From Azovibrio restrictus (GTDB taxonomy: Bacteria; Bacteroidota; Bacteroidia; Chitinophagales; Chitinophagaceae): a stretch of DNA of 64,000 nt. Every line of letters begins with the position of its first letter. Position 1 is the first letter of the stretch. Below the pieces are notes generated by a model. The model did no database searches and was not told where the DNA came from. It worked only from the letters and a program-made list of their open reading frames with translations. The stretch spans positions 6,399-70,398 of the forward strand of contig JANLJF010000039.1 in assembly GCA_029255605.1 (NCBI GenBank), given 5' to 3'. A program made the position numbers and the translations under genes. Of this stretch, positions 40,763 to 49,163 are shown in pieces.

Positions 40763-41014
40763 TTACACGTTGGGTAAAACAAGGAGATACTTAAGAGGAA
40801 TCGGAAGCTCCCATCCGTCAGGATAGGAAACGGTAGCCATATTAAAGCCTATTTCTTTCACCGTACCTATTTGGTCAACACCTGCCAATACAAGCTGCCT
40901 ATAGTTTTGGACGGCGTTATCTTCGGAAGTGGTGTCAGCCATGAATGACTCGATATTATCTGTATCGAACGTTACAGTATCACCTACCTTAATGTCTTTA
41001 TTTTCCATGCTCAT
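40763..41014 (-). CDS. Small hypothetical protein (possible SH3/KOW-like beta barrel)
   Basis: 83 aa, IKVGDTV.F...IGTVKEI...ATVSY pattern. Confidence 0.6.
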   Translation of the reverse strand: MSMENKDIKVGDTVTFDTDNIESFMADTTSEDNAVQNYRQLVLAGVDQIGTVKEIGFNMATVSYPDGWELPIPLKYLLVLPNV

Positions 41015-41201
41015 GTTTTAGTTTCTTCTACACGTAAGATAGCTGAAAGGTGCGACCTACTCCCTTTTCTTCCGCCATTTTTTCGCTATCGTATTGTGAA
41101 AAATTATGACCATTTTATTCGAAAAGGAGAGATACAATAAACTCAGATTGTTTTAACGGACGTTGTAAAATTTTACGATACGGCATTGGAGATTACGATG
41201 C

Positions 41202-41948
41202 TTAGTGAACCCTTTCCTTCAGACTCTGATAATAGTCTTTTAGGGTTAAAAGGTCTACTCCATATACAATAAGATGTTTTGCTGCTGGCGATGATAAATA
41301 TCTTTCAATGCGTTCATGTTCATAGGATGCCGTTACTAAATTGGGTTCAAAAGAGCCATCATCGTCTACACCTTTCCAAAGGAAAGTAAACAGATGTGTG
41401 TAATGTTCATCGCTATAGGGCATTGAATAAAATACCCTCAATGCAACGAATTGTTTCATAACATCAAATGGCGGGGGAATATCAAGCTTAATTGTTATAG
41501 TACCATGTGCACCCAGCTTTATATTAGCGGGTATTGGACTACCAACTCCATCGTTAATTTCTTTATTGAGGACAAAACCATGTACGCTGTCCAATAGTAC
41601 TGGCAAATTACCTTGGTTGACTAAGCTACAATTGGCACGAAAATATTGAAGGTTCCCATCTAATTTTTCCTTCCCTACCCTAACTGCCATATTTAGCACA
41701 GGCTCGTTAAGAATCTTAAACTTCCTATCCTCGCTTTGTTTATTTTCATTATTATCATCTTCATTTCTGCTAAACTGATACACACCAAAAATCAGTCCTA
41801 ACGCAGTTAAGATAGCTCCAATAGCGTTCCAGTTCCATCCTGTTTTAGACTTAGGTTTTGAGCTCTCTGACGACTGGGGAGTAGCGGCTACCTGTGGTTT
41901 AAATTTATCATAATTGATATTTCTTCTACCTCGGTTTGGAGTTTTCAT
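41202..41948 (-). CDS. Hypothetical single-pass membrane protein
   Basis: 248 aa, one TM (WNAIGAILTALGLIFGVYQF), no recognisable family. Confidence 0.65.
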   Translation of the reverse strand: MKTPNRGRRNINYDKFKPQVAATPQSSESSKPKSKTGWNWNAIGAILTALGLIFGVYQFSRNEDDNNENKQSEDRKFKILNEPVLNMAVRVGKEKLDGNLQYFRANCSLVNQGNLPVLLDSVHGFVLNKEINDGVGSPIPANIKLGAHGTITIKLDIPPPFDVMKQFVALRVFYSMPYSDEHYTHLFTFLWKGVDDDGSFEPNLVTASYEHERIERYLSSPAAKHLIVYGVDLLTLKDYYQSLKERVH

Positions 41949-42185
41949 ATCAGAAAGGGATTAACTTTTGCTTTTAATTACAGCCTCTAATTAAATATAC
42001 TAAATACTAATCTCTTGTAAATTTCCTGTACATCAAGTTTTTAAAAAAATATTCAGCTTGACATCCTCAGACCCGTGTAGACATATTGCCACAGAACCGC
42101 GGGCATTTCGTTAACGACCAGAAACACTACCCTAAAAACTTCCTTTTCTTCGCCCTTTGCTTCTATACTCGCTTAAAAAACGATT

Positions 42186-42770
42186 ATGGATAAAACGATT
42201 CAAAAACTAACCAGCTTCCTTGAGAACAATCCTAACTCCAACAAAGAAGCCATTGCGCAAGCTACAGGCTTAAAGGGGTTAGTTCTCTTCAATAGTCTTA
42301 AGCGATTGGTGAAAGAGCGAGCAGTACAGGAAACTGAAGGCGACGAGAAGACCTATGCACTTGCGACCATTGATGCGAATGAAACAAGCAATGAGGAGTC
42401 GCAAGACCAGGATGAACCTGAGGTTATTTCTAAGGGAAGGGATAACTCCAAGTTCAAGTTCAATGGCGAATTGTACGGTAAAGGCCCGTTGGTTCATGCA
42501 GTGGTATCTCAATATGTGGCAGACAACAAAGGAACAACGTACAAGAAACTTAAGGAGGTCTTTCCTGACGATTTACTCAAACGCTTCGGTATATTTCAAC
42601 ACCAAGAAACAGCTCACCAAATCGCTCCTAAAGGAGGCAGGTACTTCTCAAAGCCTGAACAGGTCATCAAACTTAAAGACAGGTCTGTAATAGTATGCAA
42701 TCAGTTCACGCTTGCAAACATTCAACCGTTCCTAAAGATTGCTAAATCACTGGGTTATAAAATTAGGTAG
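42186..42770 (+). CDS. Hypothetical DNA-binding protein: N-terminal winged HTH + C-terminal domain ending KIAKSLGYKI
   Basis: N-terminal ...AIAQATGLKG..LFNSLKRLVKE (wHTH-like), acidic linker, C-terminal domain shared with 44281-44808. Confidence 0.7.
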   Translation: MDKTIQKLTSFLENNPNSNKEAIAQATGLKGLVLFNSLKRLVKERAVQETEGDEKTYALATIDANETSNEESQDQDEPEVISKGRDNSKFKFNGELYGKGPLVHAVVSQYVADNKGTTYKKLKEVFPDDLLKRFGIFQHQETAHQIAPKGGRYFSKPEQVIKLKDRSVIVCNQFTLANIQPFLKIAKSLGYKIR

Positions 42771-42880
42771 TCGGATTATGATTGACTTAACGCCTAAACA
42801 TTTTTAGCACATTTTAATACCGTCATAAACATCATTGCAATAAACTTGTAAAAGTTTTCATGGTGATAGGGTTTATAGGG

Positions 42881-42909
42881 GCTGGCCTGTTCTCAGGCCA
42901 GCTTTTTTT
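42881..42909 (+). terminator. Intrinsic terminator
   Basis: gctggcctg-ttct-caggccagc plus T7. Confidence 0.8.
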
Positions 42910-42987
42910 ATTCCAGTTGATTGACTATCACATTTTAACTAATATGGACAACGGAGAATATATTATCCTTTTTCATAAATTTCTATC

Positions 42988-43212
42988 GTGATAGATGTAA
43001 CCAAAATTACGCCCGAAGTTTTAGAGGAATTGAAAAACTCAATTACTGCAACTTCTCCCACAGAGTTCAGAGCCTATTTTGAGAGGATAGCATCAATGTT
43101 GGGCTTAACGTTAGCATCTGATAGCCGGTCTGATGAGCATATTATTGCTATGCAAGAGGAATTGACGGACAAATTATTGGATTGGCATAACGGTACAACA
43201 AACCTGAACTAA
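42988..43212 (+). CDS. Small hypothetical protein
   Basis: 74-aa helical-looking ORF, GTG start, no competing frame. Confidence 0.5.
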   Translation: MIDVTKITPEVLEELKNSITATSPTEFRAYFERIASMLGLTLASDSRSDEHIIAMQEELTDKLLDWHNGTTNLN

Positions 43213-43275
43213 ACATCATAGCGGTTAAATGGTTAAACGACAAAATACATTTGACTTGAGTTCGTATAGTTATTC

Positions 43276-43290
43276 ATGTAACTTATAGTC
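43276..43290 (+). promoter_or_regulatory. C-box-like operator upstream of the controller-like HTH
   Basis: ATGTAACTTATAGTC, 14/15 identical to my recollection of the C.Esp1396I left operator ATGTGACTTATAGTC, 20 nt before the ATG. Confidence 0.5.
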
Positions 43291-43310
43291 TGAATCTATA
43301 TTTTTACGTG

Positions 43311-43544
43311 ATGAGTGAAAAGTATAGCAAAGCTGAACAAAAACTTCTTACTAAGGTTGGCAAACGCATTAGAGCCTTAAGGAATGAAACTGGCCTATCT
43401 CAAGAGGATTTCGCAAAAAAATGTGATTTAGACCGCACTTACATTTCAGATGTTGAAAGAGGTGAACGTAACATATCTATCATCAACTTGAACAAAATAG
43501 CAAAGTCGTTGAAGGTAGCACTGTCGCAGTTATTTGAGATTTAA
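43311..43544 (+). CDS. XRE-family HTH regulator, R-M controller (C protein)-like
   Basis: G.RIR.LR...GLSQE.FA.KC.LDRTYIS.VERGERNIS..NL.KIA..L.V. Confidence 0.85.
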   Translation: MSEKYSKAEQKLLTKVGKRIRALRNETGLSQEDFAKKCDLDRTYISDVERGERNISIINLNKIAKSLKVALSQLFEI

Positions 43545-43573
43545 CTTTGGGAAATTTTTCCCAATCAAGCAAC

Positions 43574-43912
43574 TCAATATTCAGAAGGTAGCAAAATGAT
43601 GCCATCTATACACCATATCGTCGCTTCTTTTGCTTTAAAATCTGTGTAAGGGATGGTTTGAGATTTCAGTACCTCATCATTTCCGTCAGTACATATCACT
43701 GTTGCAATCTCCTTTTCATCCACTGTGAGTTTCCACACCTGAAACGCTTCCTGGTTCAATGAAGGTTGATAAGAACAGATAACATCCAGGAACCACCAGC
43801 ATTCAAATGTTTCACACAGTGCCTTTACCCCATCTGTATGCAACATGCCGAACATGTATCTGTAATAGTTCTCTGTTACTGTATACTCCTTTAATTGGTC
43901 GTTCGCGTTCAT
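43574..43912 (-). CDS. DUF6876-like hypothetical protein
   Basis: TENYYR...L.TDGV..L.E...WFLD.I.SYQ, FQVWKL, Q.IPYTDF. Confidence 0.65.
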   Translation of the reverse strand: MNANDQLKEYTVTENYYRYMFGMLHTDGVKALCETFECWWFLDVICSYQPSLNQEAFQVWKLTVDEKEIATVICTDGNDEVLKSQTIPYTDFKAKEATIWCIDGIILLPSEY

Positions 43913-44027
43913 CTTATATCATTTTAAACGTGAGTTTAAAAGAGATTATAGATATACGGAATGGCAGGAACGCTAATGTTTCGCAAATGACATTGCAGGG
44001 GTCATTTGACCTCAATATTTTCAATCA

Positions 44028-44261
44028 ATGGCTGAACAAAACATGGAACTATCCGAGGAAACGCTTGACAGGATTACAAAATTCATTGAGGACTATGACC
44101 TTGACGGAAGGAAGCGAAATCTGCGTAAAGTATTTTTTGATTACTTACGACAGCAACAGGCCGGACTGGATGCTGAATTTAATAATGTGCTGAATGATGT
44201 TGAAAGCGTCATTGAATTACTTGAGGATATAGGTACAAAAGATAAAACCGTAGGTTTATAG
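44028..44261 (+). CDS. Small hypothetical protein
   Basis: 77-aa helical ORF (RNLRKVFFDYL), typical of Bacteroidetes island cargo. Confidence 0.6.
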   Translation: MAEQNMELSEETLDRITKFIEDYDLDGRKRNLRKVFFDYLRQQQAGLDAEFNNVLNDVESVIELLEDIGTKDKTVGL

Positions 44262-44280
44262 CACCTACGGCTTATCAAAG

Positions 44281-44808
44281 TTATTTTTCAATTTCCTTTA
44301 TTTTATATCCGAGCTTCTTGGCAATTTTGACTAATACAGGAAAATTACCGGGAGTTTGCTCCTCTATATTTCCAAATTGAGCCCACTCACCAAGTACATA
44401 GATTGTCTTCTTGTTGTATGTTCCCTGCAGTTGAAGATATTTCTTCTGTATAGCCTTCGTGTAGCTTGGTAACTGTGCCTCTTCAATAATATATGGATAG
44501 GTGCCAAATGGTGAAATTTTGGGAAAGTACTTCAATGCAAATACTTTATTGAGTTCTTCAACACTCTTATTCTTTAGTTCATTAGAAATGATGAATTTGA
44601 AAACATCACGTTTTGTAAACCCTTTCTTGCCGCCTTGTAGCTGATTATCATACTGAACATGGTATCGCATGTTTTTATAGTCTTTCTCGTTTTCAACTGG
44701 GGTGGATTTGAGATTTTGAATTTCATTCGTATTCAGTAGTTCTTTTTCCAGTGATGCCAAGTCGGCTTTAATCCGGTTAATTAAGTTTTCTACATTCTTT
44801 TTATTCAT
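44281..44808 (-). CDS. Hypothetical protein: N-terminal coiled coil + domain ending KIAKKLGYKI
   Basis: 175 aa; C-terminal domain resembles that of 42186-42770. Confidence 0.65.
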   Translation of the reverse strand: MNKKNVENLINRIKADLASLEKELLNTNEIQNLKSTPVENEKDYKNMRYHVQYDNQLQGGKKGFTKRDVFKFIISNELKNKSVEELNKVFALKYFPKISPFGTYPYIIEEAQLPSYTKAIQKKYLQLQGTYNKKTIYVLGEWAQFGNIEEQTPGNFPVLVKIAKKLGYKIKEIEK

Positions 44809-44888
44809 AGATTTATTAAGTTTAATTGCTAAATCTATGTTACACAGTAGTTTTAAACAAGGAAGCTTATAATATTAACCTATTATTT

Positions 44889-45323
44889 ATGAATCAAAAG
44901 CAATGGCTGAAGTTTTGGATGTACGCATATGACCCTATTTTCTACAACGACAGACGCTATGTTGATTTAAAAATGCTGTCAGCGGAGGAGTATCCTATAC
45001 TTGCTAAACTGGACGACTTTACAGAATTAGAAGTGTTGGTGATGGCTTATCTTATCAACAACATCAAGACATTCGAGCCAGGATTTAATGATATTTACAT
45101 TGATACCATCGTCGAAACATTCGAGAATTATGACTGTACGGTGCAGGACATAGATGCAGCTCTTACAAATTTACATAATAGAGGATGGGTTGAATTCTAC
45201 GTTGACGAAGTGAGGAATGAGTTCATCTATCAGGCAGACTTACTTGAATTGACGAAAGCAGGATTGTACATACCAGACAATGAAATTACACTTTCAATGG
45301 TAAACCAGTTAAGTGATAACTGA
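44889..45323 (+). CDS. Hypothetical protein (possible winged helix)
   Basis: 144 aa from MNQKQWL; DIDAALTNLHNRGWVEF...LTKAG is wHTH-like. Confidence 0.55.
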   Translation: MNQKQWLKFWMYAYDPIFYNDRRYVDLKMLSAEEYPILAKLDDFTELEVLVMAYLINNIKTFEPGFNDIYIDTIVETFENYDCTVQDIDAALTNLHNRGWVEFYVDEVRNEFIYQADLLELTKAGLYIPDNEITLSMVNQLSDN

Positions 45324-45360
45324 TAGTTTTTATTAATTATCAATCAACCATAGCTTTTCA

Positions 45361-45425
45361 AAAAAAGGGACACTCAATGTATAAATAAAAGGATATACGT
45401 GTTATACGTTGAGTGTCTCTTTTTT
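45361..45425 (+). repeat. 23-bp inverted repeat with 19-nt loop between convergent genes
   Basis: aaaaaagggacactcaatgtata / tatacgttgagtgtctctttttt; both mismatches are G-U wobbles on the + strand. Confidence 0.75.
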
Positions 45426-45444
45426 AGCTTTTGTAATAGAGAAG

Positions 45445-46980
45445 TTAGTCATCCAGATTTTCTATGCCTTCCGTATTGAATGAGGGATTTAATCCAAGTT
45501 CATTAAAGGCTTGATTCATCAATTTCAGCGCTATAACATAGTCTTCCCGTGTCCTGACATATATCGAGTCGAAAATATTGAACGCCTTGATGCCTGTTCT
45601 TAACAGTTCCATATTCACATTGTCAAAGATGATGGTGGCTTCTACCTTTTGCAGTGTACTCGCAAACTCACCATAATTCCTGCTATATAAACCTCCTTTT
45701 TCATCGCATACCATTTCCCATACGCTCGGATAACGTTCTATAAACATTGACTTCAGGATGTTCTCCTTTTCTGTGACCATTGAAAAGAACACTTTAGCAA
45801 AGAAATCTGCCTTAAATTCACTTCTAAGTGTCGTAGGAAGGTTTAAGGCCTGCATGAAGTCATCATAAAAGCCTCCGCTTTCACATGCCGCTTGATACCT
45901 AAGCACATCGTCAGGCAGGTATCCTAATTTGTCTAACCAGTACCGTCTTATAACAATACAGGCAATCAGTGGCTGTGAGTTTCTGATGTCAATGCCCGCT
46001 ACTCTTTTACCTTTCAATCGCAAATGTTCTCGCAATTCACGATTAAGATGTGTTACCGCACAATAGACTCTTGAATGCTGAACAGGTCTCGTTACGACCA
46101 TATAGCCTTCATTGATTACAAATATTGCTTTATTACATCGTGCCATAGTCATACTATCAGGTTCAATATAACGACTCGTTTCATCTTCGCCATCTCTACA
46201 ATAGGTAACATTGAATGTACATGGCTCACATAGTACTGAATTTCCAGATTGCGTTTTTCTATCAAAATTGACAGTTTTCTTAGGTACGATTACGCCGCCA
46301 AATGGTACTGTTAGGCAATATGTAATATTGTTCTTTTTACTACACAGGTATTCAGACTTTCTTATGAACTTCCTATAATTTTCGAGCGATTTCGCATTTC
46401 GAACTTTGTTATCAAGAATTAACCTAAAGGTCTTTTCGATACCTTCTGTATCGATTGAAATCTCAGAAATTACTTCCTGGTATACTTTGAGGTCTTTTTG
46501 CGTTATAAGTTTCTCTTCGTGTCTCGCAATACTATTCCGGCACATGCAACGGTTATCAGTAACTTCTACATCAGTGAGGATGTCCATATCTACAAACTGG
46601 TAGCCATATGATTTACCTTTTTCGATAAACTTATCACCAAATGAAGATTTTGCTATGACGGCCTTTTTCATGATGCCGTCTTTCTTCAGAATGTTGACAC
46701 CGACTGCATCTTTCAGCATAGCCGACATCTGCCTGTTGTCAATAGATAGGTTTCGCGCCATTGTTGCCATGTGGATATTGACATAGCCAGTTTCAGAGCT
46801 TAGGTCTTTATTGCAGTTCTGAGTTGCGATGTAGTCAAAAAGATGGTAGAATTTCTGAATCCAGATTTCCTTTCGTCTGTAGCGCGTGGAATTGTGTACG
46901 AGTTTTTCAACCTTCTCAATGGCATTTTCTGGTACCAGGTATTTAATTGCCGTCGGTTGCTTTCTTTTTCGTGGCATCAA
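45445..46980 (-). CDS. Family-A DNA polymerase / T7 RNAP-like palm protein (putative replication protein of the element)
   Basis: SRVY..VT.L.RELR..L, motif A IDIRNSQP, motif B-like R.EFKADFFAKVFFS, LQKVEA, motif C NIFDSIYV; N-terminal HTH-like segment; no exonuclease domains. Confidence 0.6.
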   Translation of the reverse strand: MMPRKRKQPTAIKYLVPENAIEKVEKLVHNSTRYRRKEIWIQKFYHLFDYIATQNCNKDLSSETGYVNIHMATMARNLSIDNRQMSAMLKDAVGVNILKKDGIMKKAVIAKSSFGDKFIEKGKSYGYQFVDMDILTDVEVTDNRCMCRNSIARHEEKLITQKDLKVYQEVISEISIDTEGIEKTFRLILDNKVRNAKSLENYRKFIRKSEYLCSKKNNITYCLTVPFGGVIVPKKTVNFDRKTQSGNSVLCEPCTFNVTYCRDGEDETSRYIEPDSMTMARCNKAIFVINEGYMVVTRPVQHSRVYCAVTHLNRELREHLRLKGKRVAGIDIRNSQPLIACIVIRRYWLDKLGYLPDDVLRYQAACESGGFYDDFMQALNLPTTLRSEFKADFFAKVFFSMVTEKENILKSMFIERYPSVWEMVCDEKGGLYSRNYGEFASTLQKVEATIIFDNVNMELLRTGIKAFNIFDSIYVRTREDYVIALKLMNQAFNELGLNPSFNTEGIENLDD

Positions 46981-47211
46981 TCTTTTTGCGGCAGTATAAG
47001 CGTAAAGCCTTATTGAGGTCTTGATACCAGAAGCTTTTTTTTCATTCCAGAATTATTAGTCAAGCGCAGTAATTTACCGACTGAACATAAGGCGCCATAT
47101 TGTCTCATTACCTTAGCTTTTTACAACTATAAGCGTAACGCTTAAAAACGAAATTTAGGCGCGGTGTTGAGCTCCTGAGCAGGCTCTATGCTTGACAAGG
47201 GGAAAGTGATG

Positions 47212-47451
47212 CTAATGTAGAGAAGAAACTTTATGTACAATAGCCTCAATCAGTCCTGCGTCCATCGGTTTTGAAGTATCGCCTGATGCGTCTATGACCC
47301 TATAATCCCGTTCCTCGTCAAACTCAAATACAAGTGTCCTACCGTCTATATGTACATGGAATTGATGTATAAAACCTATCCTCACAAACTTTGTTTCAAG
47401 TTCGTAGGTCTTGCTTTTGTATTCAACCTTAAGTATAAAGCCGTCATCCAT
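47212..47451 (-). CDS. Small hypothetical protein
   Basis: 79 aa, beta-rich, GFIHQFHV.IDG..LVFE.DEER.YR. Confidence 0.65.
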   Translation of the reverse strand: MDDGFILKVEYKSKTYELETKFVRIGFIHQFHVHIDGRTLVFEFDEERDYRVIDASGDTSKPMDAGLIEAIVHKVSSLH

Positions 47452-47626
47452 TGCGGCTGCAATGATAATAATTTGTCAGCTTTTTCAGAAGACTGACTAT
47501 TGAAACCAGAATGTAAATGGTTACTAATGCGAACAACAGGAATAAAACTGCAATCGCTGACCTGTCAATAAAGTCAAGATTCTCCTTTCCACGTTTATCA
47601 AACGGGTTGATGATATTCATGTGTAA

Positions 47627-47839
47627 TTAGTTAAAACCTACGAAACGTCCTTCTTCATTCAAGCCTCTTGACCGTAATTCAAGCTTTACCAACTCAATAA
47701 TGTCAATGCCCCCACCCAATATCTCGACAAGAATATCCTTTGCCGCACCGTTCAATAAGAACAAAGGATTTTCATCGTCAGGTATGAAGCCAAGTGCAGC
47801 ACCTGCTTTCCATTCGTTCACTTGTTGCGCATGTGTCAT
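47627..47839 (-). CDS. Small hypothetical protein
   Basis: 70 aa, DDENPLFL...L...ELR.RGLN..G.FVGF. Confidence 0.65.
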   Translation of the reverse strand: MTHAQQVNEWKAGAALGFIPDDENPLFLLNGAAKDILVEILGGGIDIIELVKLELRSRGLNEEGRFVGFN

Positions 47840-48015
47840 AATAATCTTTTTAGCGAGTATAGCAGATAAACGAATCCCGCGAACAATACTTGATAGGAAA
47901 ACTTACATACATAGAAAAAGCCCCACATGTGTGAGACTTTTTGTCGCTTGTAACTTGAAGCTTTCAGCGAGCTGATTTCGTGTTAAGGTGGCCCCACTAA
48001 GGACTCCCAACTTTT

Positions 48016-48837
48016 TTATTTACACATGTAACTAATGTTAGTAACATCACGTCCATTACTTTTCAGTCTTGTAATGTAACCGTTGCTGTTCGTGTCCGTT
48101 GTAAGTGTATATGATACCGCTGGGCTTCCTTTTTCAAAGTATTGGATGCTTGCTGGTATCAAGGCACTGTAATTGAATACATCATAAACTGAAGTCTCCC
48201 AATCATCCATATTCCAATGAATATCCTGTAAGACCTTTTGGCTGTTGTCGTAAAGTTTATTGGTGATGCCTGTGGCTAAATAGCTGTAAGTATAGCTAAA
48301 CTCAAGAGCGGCAGCTTTATCATAGAATTCGGTTTTCAACAGTTCACCTTTACTTCCGTAAGTGTACGTTTGTTTGAGGTAGTCATTAGATGGGTAGTAG
48401 TTAATTTCTCTTTGCGTTATTCGATTTCCTGTGTAGGTGAACAGTATATCCTTTGATAGGCCTGTGCTATGATACACTTTTACGCGTTCAATCATATTAT
48501 TGCTATTCCAGAATAACGAATCCGTATAGTACAGACTACCATTTTCAATCCGGTCAATTTTAACGATACGTCCATTGTTGTAGTGATAGTTAAAGACAAT
48601 ACTGTTAGCGGAATACTTATGTATCACCTGGGTAATTGCCTGGTTGGCATCCAGTACAAAAGAGTCTGCCCAATGCGTGGTGCCGTTCGTACCAAGCTCT
48701 GCAACGAACTCAATGCTTACAGGCTTACACTTCTGCTGACTTGGGTTCGGATTGTTTGGAGTGGGGGTACTGCTGTCATCTTTTCCACAGGCAGATAAAA
48801 TCAATAGTGCTACTGTAGGTAGCAGGTGCTTTTTCAT
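48016..48837 (-). CDS. Hypothetical lipoprotein with YD-like beta-strand repeats
   Basis: Lipobox LILSAC from MKKHLL; repeated Y.Y..G.I.. strands. Confidence 0.7.
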   Translation of the reverse strand: MKKHLLPTVALLILSACGKDDSSTPTPNNPNPSQQKCKPVSIEFVAELGTNGTTHWADSFVLDANQAITQVIHKYSANSIVFNYHYNNGRIVKIDRIENGSLYYTDSLFWNSNNMIERVKVYHSTGLSKDILFTYTGNRITQREINYYPSNDYLKQTYTYGSKGELLKTEFYDKAAALEFSYTYSYLATGITNKLYDNSQKVLQDIHWNMDDWETSVYDVFNYSALIPASIQYFEKGSPAVSYTLTTDTNSNGYITRLKSNGRDVTNISYMCK

Positions 48838-48887
48838 AAATAAAGTTTTAGGCAATATAGTCGTTTTAACGATAAAAACACATATAT

Positions 48888-49163
48888 GTGTTTGTGTTGA
48901 TTGCCCGATTATCTTCACTTTGGGTAGTGAGTAAGAGCGCCCATTATAGAGATGAGAAAGCGATTAAATCCTTTGGAAAAAAGGTAAGGGAGCTTCGTAT
49001 ATCTATGGGCTTCACCATCGAAGAGTTTGCAAATCGAGCAGACATACATGTTACCCAGCTAAGCCGTATTGAGAGAGGAGAAACAAATCCCACCATAAGT
49101 TATATCATGCTGCTTGCAAAGGAATTAAAGGTACCCCCGCAGGAACTTATTACTTTCAAATAG
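48888..49163 (+). CDS. XRE-family HTH regulator
   Basis: FG.KVRELR..G.T.EEFA.RADI..TQLSRIERGETNPT; divergent from the lipoprotein; true start may be GTG at 48927. Confidence 0.85.
   Translation: MFVLIARLSSLWVVSKSAHYRDEKAIKSFGKKVRELRISMGFTIEEFANRADIHVTQLSRIERGETNPTISYIMLLAKELKVPPQELITFK

Noticed and set aside
42810-42909. Possible type I toxin or sRNA ending at the strong terminator
   Set aside because: No hydrophobic sORF or antisense partner found; the hairpin is adequately explained as the terminator of 42186-42770
47010-47108. 32-aa minus-strand ORF MRQYGALCSVGKLLRLTNNSGMKKKLLVSRPQ upstream of the PolA-like gene
   Set aside because: Short, no compositional or motif support; compatible with chance
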